From: Podarcis muralis
Taxonomy: Eukaryota
Assembly: GCF_964188315.1 (NCBI RefSeq)
Contig: NC_135667.1
Span: forward strand, 24,862,001-24,926,000
Reading direction: 5' to 3'
DNA: 64,000 nt
Shown: in pieces, positions 32,717-45,444 of the stretch
Numbering within the stretch: position 1 is the first letter of the stretch
Layout of the letters: every line of letters begins with the position of its first letter
The notes under the pieces: model-generated
Seen by the model: only the letters and a program-made list of their open reading frames with translations
Databases searched by the model: none
Told to the model about the DNA's origin: nothing
Translations under genes and position numbers: made by a program

Positions 32717-34136
32717 TAATATAAATCCTCCTGTCACTGGAAGAAAACAGGAAGATAAACATTGGTTTAAGTCCTCTAGTGATAACAAATATTTACTACT
32801 TTGGAAGAGGGTTTTTAGATGTTGAAGGTAAAAGAAAGAAGTGAACAAAAAAGGAGAAACAATTATTTTTTATTCAAATGAGAATTTAGCTATCAATTCC
32901 ATATAGATATCATTATTATTATTTTTTTAAAAAAACTACTACTGTTTCAAAACGAGTAAATTGTGGTGTTCACAAGTTCTTGAAGTTGATTGAATTCTAG
33001 AGGAGGAAGACAGGAGTCCTACTGCCATCATTTCCTTACTTGCTTTGTATGTGGAAATATGCTGAGGGGAGATGCACCTTGAGAGAATCTCCATATTTAC
33101 AAAACATATTTTGATATTTTAATCCATGGTCAAAACTGATGTAACTCTTAAATATAGGGGGATAACTTGCTGCCTATATGATGCAACTTCAAAATCAAGT
33201 TTCTTCTATTAAATTCCAATGTCCATAACAATCTGGGTCATGAACATGTTAAAAGCTTGATTCCTGATATCCCCATTCACTCAGTGAGTCTTTTGCAAGA
33301 GTAACGGATAATAGTTCCATAAGACTCACACACTTGGCTCATACTCACCTGTATTCTGTATTCTAGGCCTAATGTTTAGTACTCCTTCTTAGTTAAGATC
33401 ACACAAGTTTCAACTATTTTTATCTTTGTTATATGTTTTCAACCTTAATGCATGCTGCACACAAACCACATTGTTTTGCATGTAAAATGTATAGGCTTAC
33501 AACTGCTTTGCGCTTACCCAGATATTTTGGCTGCCACATTATGCTAAGCCAAGACAAGGTTCTTCAGCTGCCTCCTCACTCACTTGGAGCGGTAATGAAG
33601 TTTTTTTCTTGGTTAATATTCATGGTTGGTGAGTAGAGAGCCTAACCACTAGTCTTGGCTTGGATCATAGGCTAAAACAAAACTTGCTGTAGCTTGAGTT
33701 GACTGTAAATAGCATTATGGAGGAGCAATGCTACTATACTCTTCTCTCCATGAGGTTCAACATTTGTGCAGTCTTCCTAAGATAAAATTTGGTTTAGCAT
33801 GTCACGGAAGCCAGATCATTGGGTATTCTACATGAGTCTAAATAAGTTTCAGGAACCACAACAAGCACGTTTTCCCATTCTACACAATACAGTATAGAAG
33901 TATTGTCTGCTTTAGTCCTCTGAAAACTACCCAGGTGTCACAAAAGTTATAAACATATACCGGTAAATATCTTACTCTTTTCCTTAATAGAAAGTAGATT
34001 TCCAGATGCAATTTCTTCATCACTTTATTTTCATCTGTATTTTAGAAAATCACCCCATCCTTTTGTTCTGTAACATTGAACATATGGGTATACTCTTGCA
34101 GAATGAAGCTTTTAACATGGAGTGGAAAATTATAAC

Positions 34137-34138
<2 letters not shown>

Positions 34139-34222
<84 letters not shown>
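34139..34222. repeat. (CT)n(AT)n microsatellite
   Basis: Directly visible; longer than the OR3 copy. Confidence 0.95.
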
Positions 34223-34225
<3 letters not shown>

Positions 34226-34470
34226 ATGCACTCCTCAGAGTTTGGTCTCAAGAGCCCAACACAAATTAGCCATTGTGTCTCTGGAAACTTGGACTCAGGA
34301 GTTCCACTAAAATAAAAGCAGTGTTTCTAAAGACTTAGCCACAGGAGTCTAACACAAATAATCAAGGTATGTAAAAAACAAAACAAAACTTCCAGTTTCT
34401 AAACAGCACACTTTCCAATATTTAAAATAATAATATTGCTACATAAGTCTGTCTGGAACCTTCTGGTTTC

Positions 34471-36315
34471 TTTTTTCTTTTTTAAATAATATTTATTAAT
34501 AATTTCAGAATTACAGGGAAAAAAAGGATAAAGAACAACTGCAATACATAAAAATAAAAAAATAAAAAAATGCAAAAACATAAAAACCAATACAACAATA
34601 TGACAAAAAAGGAAATAAAAAAAACACAAATCCTGAATTACATATCTCCAACTTCCATTTGCTTGTTTCGTTGACCTCCTCACACCTCCCTTTTTGTATT
34701 CTAGTTTAGTTAGTTATTTCAGCAAATTCTTTCCATCTTTCTCAATTTTTGTTAAATAATTTATCTCATCAATTTAACCTATTAATTGACTCAACAGGTC
34801 CTTTCCATCTTTCCCCATATTCTGTTATTCAAATTACCTTAATTTATTTAACCTTGTCTTACCATAAAATGCCCTAAGGCTTAAGACTTAATACTCAGTT
34901 ATCCATAACTCCTGATATCATTTCTGCTAGAGTCATATAGTTTCATTCCAACATTTTCCCTAATATTCATTCATTTTAGGCTAATTCCCCAAATAAAAAA
35001 AATTCTTTATAAATTTTCTTCCAATCTTCATCCAGCGTCTCTTCTTCCTGGTCTCGGGTTGTGTCAGTCCTTACTGTCCATTCCATCTAGTCCATCAACC
35101 TGGAAGTCTTATGTCCGAGGCCCTTAAGTCTCTTCCATGCCCCTTCTGCAAATCTTCTTCTTTTTGTTTATACTTGCCCTTTTCCTTGTCTTTTGTTGGT
35201 CTCTTTCTTAATTTCTTCCCTTTCTCGTTGGGGAGCAGATTTCTGGGGAATTCCAATCCAAAATTGTCTCCATCTCCCTTCATCAAAGCTGCCCATTCCC
35301 CACAGTCCCACTCCCCACAGTCATCGGTGTAATCCAAAAGGTAATTAAAAGCATATTTCAAAGTCTCTCCAAAGTTAAGAACCTCCTCAGCTCCTGACTC
35401 CCCCTGGCCCACTCCAACTTCAATCTTCAATGACAGCGGCTTATGCTCCTGTAGGGCCTCGGGTCTCTCCATTTGTATTGTTTGAGGTGCGACCGCATCC
35501 TCCTCCATTATCTTCTGCACTTGCCCAGTCGATACAGGTTCATAGGTCGGTCCTTGAATGGTTTCTGTCTCAATATTCCCTGTTTGTCCACAGTTATTAA
35601 CCACAACAGTCATCAAGTCCTTTTTCTCATTCATCAAATCCATCTTTTCGTGCATCTGTTCCAGCAAGGCACTTGTCTTGCATAAAGCAAGCACCCAAAC
35701 TTCCTTCCAGCTCATACTTAGTCAAGGTCAAACACGTCTGGTCCCACGATCTTAATCTGACAGCTGTTGAGTCCTCAAGTAGACTGTAGCAACAATTTAA
35801 CAGGCTCCCTCTAGAGGAGACAATTTCTATTTGTATCCATTTCTTTAAGGCAAGTCCAGCAAAGGAAAATTACTTTCATTTTTCAGATATTTTGTTTCAT
35901 TAGAATGCAAAAGGCAACATTGGAATCAGTTTATTTCTCTTCTTTAGTTATCTGTCAAAGTATTCCATTCACAGTCAATGAACCTCTCCGACTATTTCTG
36001 TCTCTGACACCCCGTTCCCAGGTTAGAGACGGTGGAAACTTCTTCACTCCCTCTCCTGCAGGGGTTAAACAAAGTCCCCCCCCCCTTTCTCTTGCTTCCA
36101 AGGGGGTTTCGGTAATTATAAATGAAGGAAATTAAGACTTTTTAAATGACTTTCCTGGCTTTAGCTTACGCGGTTTTTGCTTTAGTCTATATACAAAAAG
36201 CGGAAGGCGGACTTCCTGTTTTGAACCTTCCTGCTTCGATGCCAAATTAAGATATTTCTTGATCCAATTTTCCGTTTCTACTCACGGGTACTTGTTTTAA
36301 ATCCAATTGTCCACA
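34471..36315 (-). mobile_element. Poly(A)-tailed HAL1-like element, copy 2 (ORF 35095-35715)
   Basis: Same 16-bp TSD (34455-34470, 36316-36331); duplicated with the segment. Confidence 0.75.
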
Positions 36316-38422
36316 GGAACCTTCTGGTTTCAACTGGACGTTCTCAGACTCATTTCATTCTTTCTTTTTAAATAATGTTTTTATTTATTTTCATGCTACT
36401 GAGAGTTATATGATGTATGACTGGCTCAGTGTTCCCCACACCTTCTCTCCCCCCCCCCCACTGTGTTTTGGTCAATGCTCAAAATTTCACCCAGGTGTTT
36501 ATCTTGTGAACTGCCATGAGAGCTTGTGATGAAGGTTGGTTTTTAAATCTAATAAGTAGTAAAATAATAATAATAACTTTAAGGAAATACTATAGTATTC
36601 CACTAGGGGGGAAAATAGTTGGAAGGGTATCCTTGAAACTACCATTTGCAATGCAGACATGGGGTTTTTCATCTGCTTCTGCTAATATTGGTCTCCAAAG
36701 ATAAATTTGTGGATTTTTTTTACATTCAAATACAAGGGCCAACACCTCTAATTCTATTTCTGTGTGGTTGCTTTTTGGGGTTGATGAGAGGGCGTGTAGC
36801 ACATACTACTTGTCTCCAGAGTTTCCATATCTATGTGAGATTTAATGTGTATCACTGTTGATTTTGGTTGCCCTGGGCAAAATATAGTGACTGACATACG
36901 AATACATAAATTAACAAGTTAACATTTGGTTGTTGTTTTGTTTTTTTTTAAAAAAATCCATTATAAAAGCAGTTCCTATGCCTACTCTGGAGGTAACTAT
37001 GGACAATTCATAATCAGAATATTGTGTTCAAATCTTTAGACTATGTTAGAATGCCATATCTGCAGAACATGAAGTTCTTTTCATTTATGCATAAAGATTC
37101 CACACATTTGAGTACTTCCAGCCTTGTGAGGTCCAAAGGAACTTTGCAAGGAACATGTGTCACTTGTCTTTTTGGCTATAGTATTTAGATTTTATATACA
37201 TCGTTCACTTTGCCCATTCCTCCAAAAATATAAGGGTACCTCTGTTCAATGTGAATGTCTTTTGTTTGGCAAATTGTGTGTCATCTTTCAGTGAATCCCA
37301 GAGCATGACTAGTTTTTTCTCCAAGCAATGGTTCTGTATTCCCATACACTATCACAAATAGGATGAACACTATCTGTTCTGGGAAGCTGATGCCCAATTT
37401 CCTGTGTAGAATTACTTTCCCTGTGTGGATCTCATCTCTTACATTTTCCAAAAGGATGTGGTTTTGTTTTTTAAGATTTTGAGAAATTGTGTCAGTAGCC
37501 ACTGTGTCAGATTCCCTCACTAAAGATGGGAGGTGGGAAGCATGACCAATTCCCTGGTTTCTAAAAGATACAACTCTCCCTAGTAACAACACTGGAGACA
37601 TTTTAACTCTTTGTCGGTAAAAAACAGCCAGGTGTTCTTATGGGAAGGATGCCCTGTGTCCACTTATCTGCCACCAAAGGTGCAAAGTAATGAGGAGGCA
37701 CTTCTGGAACAAAGATAAAATTTTATAGATTTACATTCATTGAGGATTCAAACTTAATAGTCACTCTCTTAAGGCACAACACTTCATTTTAGAAATGCTA
37801 CTTGAGGGGGCGCAAGTTTCAGGCAAAAACTCTTTACACAGAACTTTTAAACCCCAGTCAAAACACTAGTTTAAAACTAGTCTCAGGATAGACTTTTCCC
37901 AACTAAAATGGATATTTGTGTCACTGCCTACCAAGAATCTCACAGCCCCTTCTAGGGTTTTTTCCTTAGCCTCAAGGAAGCAAATTGGGTAGCCCTCTAA
38001 AACTAATCCCAAAATCCATTCAGAACAGGTCCTTCTCATCTGAAGTTCCTAAACAAGGGCTCATCCACATTTTTCCTTTTCCCATGGCTAGAAACCAAGG
38101 ATGTGAGTAGGTTTTTTCCTCTCCTTTCTGTGGGAAAACCCACTTTAGCTTTATATAAAAAGAAATGACAATCCCAGAAAAGCTGATTGCCAGATGAATG
38201 CACTGGGTAAGAAAGGGTACACATGCACTATATGACAGACATTCCCTCTTTAAATGTATGATTAACAGGCTATGTGAACAGAGATGCAACATTGTTAATG
38301 GTACATCTAAGATGGAGGAACACAAGATGTCATTGTGACACCTGGCAGATTTTGAGTCTGCATATCAAAATGTTTCTAGAAGCTGTAACTGGTCATATCT
38401 CCACAGATCCCAATGCTTATAC

Positions 38423-39409
38423 CTACAGAGAGAAGTGTAATCGTTTCAGTATAAGTCTGGAAAAAATATTAATAGAAGAGTGCTTCACACCCAAGAGCTT
38501 TGATACAGCATTTTTAATCTCCTTATTTCTCATGCTGTAAATCATTGGATTGAACATGGGTGGTACAATGGTATACATCACAGTTATTGCAAAGTCCCCA
38601 TTAGATGGAATTTTTGAGGGAGGCCTAAGATAAGCAAATGCTGCTGTGAAACAAAATACGGAGAAGACAACAAGGTGAGGTATGCAAGTGGAGAAGGCCT
38701 TTTTCCTTCCCTCAACAGAAGGAACTTTCAGAACCACAGTAAAGATGTGTACATAAGTGACAACAATGAAGACAAAACATCCAGACATAAGTATTACACT
38801 CACTACTATAGCTCCAATTTCCATTAGGTATATGTTAGAGCAGGCAAGTGTAAGTAACTGTGGAATCTCACAAAAGAACTGATTGACAATGTTTGAGCAG
38901 AAAGGAGTCACAAAAGTTGCACTAGTGTGCATGGCTGCATTGAGAAAGCCAGAGACCCACACACCAGCAACCATTTGTTTGCAGGCTGACCTGTTCATCA
39001 CCATTTCATATTGTAATGGATGGCAAATGGCAACATAGCGATCGTATGCCATGACTGTAAGAAGGGAAACATCAGATGATGAGAAAAAGAAAAATGAAAG
39101 AACTTGAGCAATACATCCAGTGTAAGATATGTGTCTGATATTCATGAGGGAATTGGTCATCGATTTAGGGATGGTGACAGAAACAGCCCCTAGGTCCTGG
39201 ATGGCTAAGTTCATCAGAAAGAAGTACATGGGAGTGTGAAGGTGGTGGTCAAAAGCTATAGCAGAGATGATGAGAAGATTCCCAAATACAATTACCATGT
39301 ACAATACCAGGAACAGAGAGAAGTGTAGAATCTGCAGTTCCCGTACAGCTGAAAACTCCAGGAGTAGAAATTCAGAGACAGAGGATTCATTGGCTATCTT
39401 TGCATTCAT
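38423..39409 (-). CDS. Olfactory receptor OR6 (A-type), intact, 328 aa
   Basis: Full OR motifs; nearly identical to OR4. Confidence 0.95.
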   Translation of the reverse strand: MNAKIANESSVSEFLLLEFSAVRELQILHFSLFLVLYMVIVFGNLLIISAIAFDHHLHTPMYFFLMNLAIQDLGAVSVTIPKSMTNSLMNIRHISYTGCIAQVLSFFFFSSSDVSLLTVMAYDRYVAICHPLQYEMVMNRSACKQMVAGVWVSGFLNAAMHTSATFVTPFCSNIVNQFFCEIPQLLTLACSNIYLMEIGAIVVSVILMSGCFVFIVVTYVHIFTVVLKVPSVEGRKKAFSTCIPHLVVFSVFCFTAAFAYLRPPSKIPSNGDFAITVMYTIVPPMFNPMIYSMRNKEIKNAVSKLLGVKHSSINIFSRLILKRLHFSL

Positions 39410-41776
39410 TACTAAAATGACTGGTGCTTCTAGAAGAAAACAGGAAGATAAGTATAGGTTTAAGTCCTCTTCTGATAACTTATATTTGGTAACCAATACT
39501 GCTTTGGATGTGGTTTTTGTGGGAAATAGATTTAAAAGAAAGAAGTGAACAAAATAGTGTAATAATAAATCTTCATCTGAAGGAGAACTTAGCTTTCTGC
39601 TCCATATTGATACTGCACCATCATCCTAAGATAAACTACTGCTAAGTAGTGCTTTTTCTTCTGGGAATTATAGGGGCAGAACTACCCAAACAGTATAGAA
39701 ATTTATTCATGCATGTGACTACAGCAGCAAGAAATTTGGCTTAGCTTGTCATGAAACCAGGTCACTGGTTTTTCTATGTGCAGTCTATGTCAGGTTTCAG
39801 GAAAAATATAAAATGAGCACTATTTCCCATTCTACACAATAGACTATAGTAGCATTGTCTGCATTTTGTTCTCCGAAAGCTATCCAGGTATAACTAATGT
39901 TATAAAGTTAAACATCTTACTATTTTTCTTTATAAAAAATAGATTTCCAGATGCAATTTCTTCATCACTTTAAGATGTTCTGTATTCTTCTAGCCGCTCG
40001 TGGATCTTTTTTTCTTTTTTAAAAATCTCTCCGTCCTTTTCTTCTGAGACAGTGAAAATGTTTGTATATACTTGCAGAACGATGATTTTACCATGGGGTG
40101 AAAAATTAATACCATTATTATATTTATGTTCTTGGGAGCTTGGTCTCAAGAGCCCCAAACAAAATAGCAATTGTTTTCCTGGATGCTTGGACTCAAGAGT
40201 CCCACACGAAACAACCATGGTGTTTTTTTAAGACTTTGCCCCATGGGTCTAACACAAATACTGAAGATATGCAACTAAACCATCCTGTTTCAAAACAACT
40301 TACTATATAATATTTAAAATACTTGTGTGAGATATGACCAGCTCAGTATCCCCCCCCCTCGCCGCTGTGTTCTTCCTACTTCTACTATTCTTTCCTCCCT
40401 TTTATGATATCTGAACTAGATACTTTCTGTTGCATTTGAATATTTGACAATCCGAGGTCTGTATTTGATATGATCTGGGAGTTACTTTCTGTTAAGAGCC
40501 CTACATGTCTATATGATACCATCATACCTTTTGACCGTCACCTTTGGTTGTAGTGGGATGTATGTTCATAACCCTGTGCCATCATACATTTTTGTCTCTG
40601 TCTCTTTTGTATCTGAGACTGAACACCTTGTGTTAAGTCAGAGTTAATGTGTTCTGCATGTTGTAGTCTGGACCTGAGTTTTCTATTAAACTAGAGCTCA
40701 GCAGGGGATCTTCGTTTATCTAGTTATGTGGCCCAGTCATTTTGTAATGCGAAATAAAGATCTGTTTTGAGTCTAAGGGTTTTTCCATAAATGCTTTATA
40801 ATTTTTACTTTGCTTTCTGCCACCCCACTAGTTCAGTGGCATGCAGTGAAATTTCTCATGGAGGAACAGTTGGGGCTAGAGGCACTAGCTTGCAAGGAGC
40901 ATATATAACCATCTGAAGAGTATTATTTTGCCCTATCTCAGTTCAGTGCATGCACTTGTAGGGACTGGCAATTTTTAAACTATCGGTTCACACATACCAC
41001 CTCACAGTCAGTCTCACTGCTTATCTCACTGTGATAAAAGCTCTGGGTAATGCAAGAACCACCACTAAATTTCAACCAGGTGTAAACTCAAAGGAAATAC
41101 CATAGATTTCACCTGGAGAAAAATAATACTTGGAGTGTTCTTGAGGCCCTTGCTTGCAAAGGTGACTAACAGTTTGTGGTTTGTCCTGCTTATATTGGTC
41201 TCCCACATAGAAAGGTGTGAATTGTTTTACATTCAGCACCTCTTTTTTCTATTTGTGTCCTGAACATATTCAAAAACTTGCTGTAGTCATTCATCAGGTT
41301 CTGTGATAATACTACCACAAGCAAGGATTTCATGTATATCTTACTGCTATCAATTCCTTTAAAAATGTGATACATTGTCTTGTTGGTGTAATATGAACAA
41401 TAGGTTAAATTACAGAGTGCTTGGGCTCATGTCGTCTTAAGGTGCATATCCACCATGTCTGAATGTTCTGAGATAAGGTTGTCAGGTGCACTTTGTTACC
41501 ATGGCAACACCAACGAGGTTGAGTATATGACTTACTGAGCCATTGCTTCAGGAATTATGTCTACACATAGCCAAAGGTATAATAATCTCCAGGGCTTTGC
41601 ATTCATTATGGTTTTGTTGTGCACTTCCTGTTGCTGTCCTGCTTGCGTGTCAGGGCCTGAATCTGTGAGAGAAAGGGGAAGAGGTTGTAGGTTTTACAAA
41701 GCAGTATTAGCTAGCATGGTGATAGTGTTAGCAGATCTCTATACATATATATCTTTACTTCAATGTACAGAAGAAC

Positions 41777-42449
41777 TGTACACCGGAATCTCCGGAATGT
41801 AGCCTTATTGGAATTCACCAATTGGGTCAGCGTTGCTCCGGGACAGGAGGAAGGAAGTCAAACGACACCTGAGGTTGATTCAAAGAAATAGTTTATTCTG
41901 CTGTCCGGATAGCAGAAGGCACTTGCGTGATCAAGTCCACAGCAAGTCCAAAGAAATGACAGGTTTCATGCAGTTTATATATCCTCCAGGCACCCTCTCA
42001 CTCCTCCCCTAGGAGCCCAACCACGTTGGCCTACGTACACAGGTTGACATCAAATATGTTCCGGCTCTGGTACTCTCAACCATAAAAGGATCTTCCTTCC
42101 TGCACTCCTGACCATAAAAGCATCTTCCTCTTCCTACTCTTATCTGGGAGAATAGGTCATCATCTGCAGGAACATGCTCTGGCGCTGTTCCCAGATTGGG
42201 TCTGCGCGTCTTTGTGGTCAGCACATAAGATAAAGTTCTGACGTGTCTTCTCTCTGTTCTGTTCTCCTACTGGTACAGTGAAGGCCATAGTTGCCGTCAC
42301 AACTGATAAAGGAGAGGGCTCTGTTCTTGTTATGGATTTACTCAACGGCTTGAGTTTATGCATTTAAGCTAAGGAAAAATAGGGATTTTGGTGCAGTTTA
42401 AAAACTGCCTGCACAGTCAGTTTTTGGGTTTTGGAAACCCATTCCTTCA
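41777..42449 (-). mobile_element. Probable ERV-like solo LTR (copy 2)
   Basis: Paralog of 28336-29008. Confidence 0.55.
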
Positions 42450-43251
42450 GGAAGAAATATCAACAACCTCAGATATGCAGATGACACAACCATGATGGCA
42501 AAAAGTGAGGAGGAATTAAAGAACCTTTTAATGAGGGTGAAAGAGGAGAGCGCAAAATATGGTCTGAAGCTCAACATCAAAAAAACGAAGATCATGGCCA
42601 CTGGGCCCATCACCTCCTGGCAAATAGAAGGGGAAGAAATGGAGGCAGTGAGAGATTTTACCTTCTTGGGCTCCATGATCACTGCAGATGGTGACAGCAG
42701 CCACGAAATTAAAAGACGCCTGCTCCTTGGGAGAAAGGCGATGGCAAACCTAGACAGCATCTTAAAAAGTAGAGACATCACCTTGCCAACAAAGGTCCGT
42801 ATAGTGAAAGCCATGGTTTTCCCAGTAGTGATGTATGGAAGTGAAAGCTGGACCATAAAGAAGGCTGATCGCCGAAGAATTGATGCTTTTGAATTATGGT
42901 GCTGGAGGAGACTCTTGAGAGTCCCATGGACTGCAAGAAGATCAAACGCATCCATTCTTAAGGAAATTAGCCCTGAGTGCTCATTGGAAGGACAGATCGT
43001 GAAGCTGAGGCTCCAATACTTTGGCCACCTCATGAGAAGAGAAGTCTCCCTGGAAAAGACCCTGATGTTGGAAAAGATTGAGGGCACAAGGAGAAGGGGA
43101 CGACAGAGGACGAGATGGTTGGACAGTGTTTTCGAAGCTACAAACATGAGTCTGACCAAACTGCGGGAGGCAGTGGAAGACAGGAGTGCCTGGCCTGCTC
43201 TGGTCCATGGAGTCACGAAGAGTTGGACACGACTAAACGACTAAACAACAA
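42450..43251 (+). mobile_element. 5'-truncated BovB LINE (copy 2)
   Basis: Paralog of 29009-29810; YADD motif and tail. Confidence 0.92.
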
Positions 43252-43471
43252 ATGTGCCTAAACACAAACTCTTTATGCGTATTGGTATTTTCCATTTAAA
43301 TACAATGTTCACCTTGCCTATTCCTTAAAAGAAATAAGGTTCAAAAGGATTTTGCATCCAGGTTTCTTGGAGCAGGATGATCTTGAATTGTGATACGTAG
43401 GTTAGAACGTCTTTGTCCATTGTTTTCGATTGCCATCCAGCAACGTTCCAGGATAGTAGTAGAGGTGAGAG

Positions 43472-45442
43472 TCATTTTGTCTCTTCAATAGCATCCAGGG
43501 CTTTCCCGGGGTCGTGGAAGATGCATCCATTGGATGGTGAAGTCTCCGATAATGTGACTAGGGGCGCCACAGAGATTTCGGCGTGGATTTCAGTTGGGCA
43601 GAGTAGGGGTGTGTGTTCTGACATGACCTGAGGAGATTCATATCCCATTTTTCGCTCCAAGTTAGGTGGAGTATTTGCCTCTTTTGTGGGCGCTAGGTCT
43701 TCAGAGTTGCGGAGATAGAGTAATAACTCATCTAGTCTGTCCGTTATCTCTGTTTGTTCGGCTTTTGGCAGATGGGAGAAGGAAACAAGTAACTCCTGCT
43801 CCATCGAATTCTCTAGATGAGTAGCCTTTGATAGGAGGGGCATGGGGGTCTCTGTCCAACTAATTAAGTCTGAGGGTGGAGAGGTAGAGCTCGTAGTAGG
43901 TAGGGTGCCCTCATTTTTAATTGCTTTCCTTTTAGCTGGAGAGTAGGGTATAAGAGGGCAAATCTTAGTGTTGATAAAAACTCTTGTAATAAAAATTCCA
44001 TAATTGGTCAAGTAGCTTCGTAGGGACATCATATAAGTTGGAAACTTTTTAGATTCGAAGGTGAGCAGTATCCTCTGCATGGGTGGCTTGCTGTAAATGT
44101 GGACAGTGGATTTCAGATCGATGGAAAGGGGATTTACGCCCAAAAGCTCAGCTAGATGCCTTCTTGCGACATGTATAGACGACCAGTTAACAACCTGACC
44201 TTTGAAGGGGAGGATAATTAAACAAAGTCTAGTGGCTTGTAGTGAAAGATTGTAGGAAGATATGGTGTGTAGATCTTCCATAGTTTGTTCATTTTCAAAT
44301 TTGCAGCCAGTCTGCGAAGTTGAGCGCAGTAGGACAGGTACTCTAGGTGTTGGTTTGGCCCTATCCTCCGGTGAAGCATCTACGGGGCTGACATTGACTT
44401 TTGGGGATACAAAGGATATAATCTTCTCTAGGGAGCCTTTGATGTCTCTTATGTATTTAAAGATATAGTCCACGGTTTTAGCCACTAGGTCTAACGTGGT
44501 AGAGTGTTCAAGTAGTAATTCAGAAAGATGGTTTTCTTGTTCTCTGATGCAGTCTTCCGCCTGAAGGGGCATAGTTGGAACTTTTTTGGGACCTTTTGGT
44601 TTTGTGGTGGTGTTGTTTAAGGGGTTAGTGGGTTGTTTAGTGGATAGTTCCTTTGGTGTAGTTTCCTTATCTATTATCTCTGCTAATGGAGAGAAGCTAT
44701 TCGAGGTCGGAATATTAAAAGTATCCTTTGTTTTTCCATAAAAGAATTCACTGATTTTGGTTTGCTTGGTCCAATCTCCGCTTGCAATTGGATCATTCCT
44801 CTGCGTAACTAGATGGGCACTTGGGATCGCAGGTGGAACAGGGGGTACCCGGCTAGGTGTTTTTCCCTTTATTATGGGAACAGAAGGAGGAAACGAGCGT
44901 TCATTGCCGGTTAAGATGTTGGCAAAAAGAGGTTTAACATTTGTGTCCTTAAAGACGCTTGTTGTTACAATCTCCCAGGGTGCCAGCCGATCTTTTTGTC
45001 TTGCAAGAAGAAGTGGGATCCTTGCAGACTGGAAGGAGAGCATAAATTTCCTTGGCCAGGGCGTGGCATTTAGGGGTACTACAGATATAAGATCTATCTG
45101 GAAAAAAGGAATATTTAGCAAATCACGTAGGTACCCTTTAGCCATCCTCAGGTTATTCCACCTAAGTCTGGGGGCGTCACAGGAAAAAATGGATAGACAT
45201 ATTTTATTAGGTTGAAAAATCAAGGATTGCTTATTCCTTTGGGGCAGTGGCAACCTGCATCTTGAGCCCTTAGGGTGAGATATCTGGTCAAGTTGTCTCT
45301 TTAAGGCACTTACAAGCTGCACAGGAGATTGATGCAAATTAGATAGCTCAGTTGAAGAAGGTAAATGAGCCAGAAGGGCCCGTGAAAGTTTATTCAATGA
45401 CAAAGAAATCCCCTCCAATTTCTTGAAAAATTGCTTGGTCAT
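43472..45442 (-). CDS. LINE ORF1 protein, 656 aa (may be 5'-truncated), with two copies of a 92-aa domain
   Basis: Uninterrupted; directly upstream of an APE-coding frame; central coiled-coil-like segment. Confidence 0.75.
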   Translation of the reverse strand: MTKQFFKKLEGISLSLNKLSRALLAHLPSSTELSNLHQSPVQLVSALKRQLDQISHPKGSRCRLPLPQRNKQSLIFQPNKICLSIFSCDAPRLRWNNLRMAKGYLRDLLNIPFFQIDLISVVPLNATPWPRKFMLSFQSARIPLLLARQKDRLAPWEIVTTSVFKDTNVKPLFANILTGNERSFPPSVPIIKGKTPSRVPPVPPAIPSAHLVTQRNDPIASGDWTKQTKISEFFYGKTKDTFNIPTSNSFSPLAEIIDKETTPKELSTKQPTNPLNNTTTKPKGPKKVPTMPLQAEDCIREQENHLSELLLEHSTTLDLVAKTVDYIFKYIRDIKGSLEKIISFVSPKVNVSPVDASPEDRAKPTPRVPVLLRSTSQTGCKFENEQTMEDLHTISSYNLSLQATRLCLIILPFKGQVVNWSSIHVARRHLAELLGVNPLSIDLKSTVHIYSKPPMQRILLTFESKKFPTYMMSLRSYLTNYGIFITRVFINTKICPLIPYSPAKRKAIKNEGTLPTTSSTSPPSDLISWTETPMPLLSKATHLENSMEQELLVSFSHLPKAEQTEITDRLDELLLYLRNSEDLAPTKEANTPPNLERKMGYESPQVMSEHTPLLCPTEIHAEISVAPLVTLSETSPSNGCIFHDPGKALDAIEETK

Positions 45443-45444
45443 TA

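Larger units (their letters stand above)
19360..32770. repeat. Segmental duplication copy 1 (~13.4 kb: OR3 upstream, OR4, spacer, OR5 CDS)
   Basis: Collinear and near-identical with 32771-49255, including shared TE insertions with identical TSDs. Confidence 0.85.
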
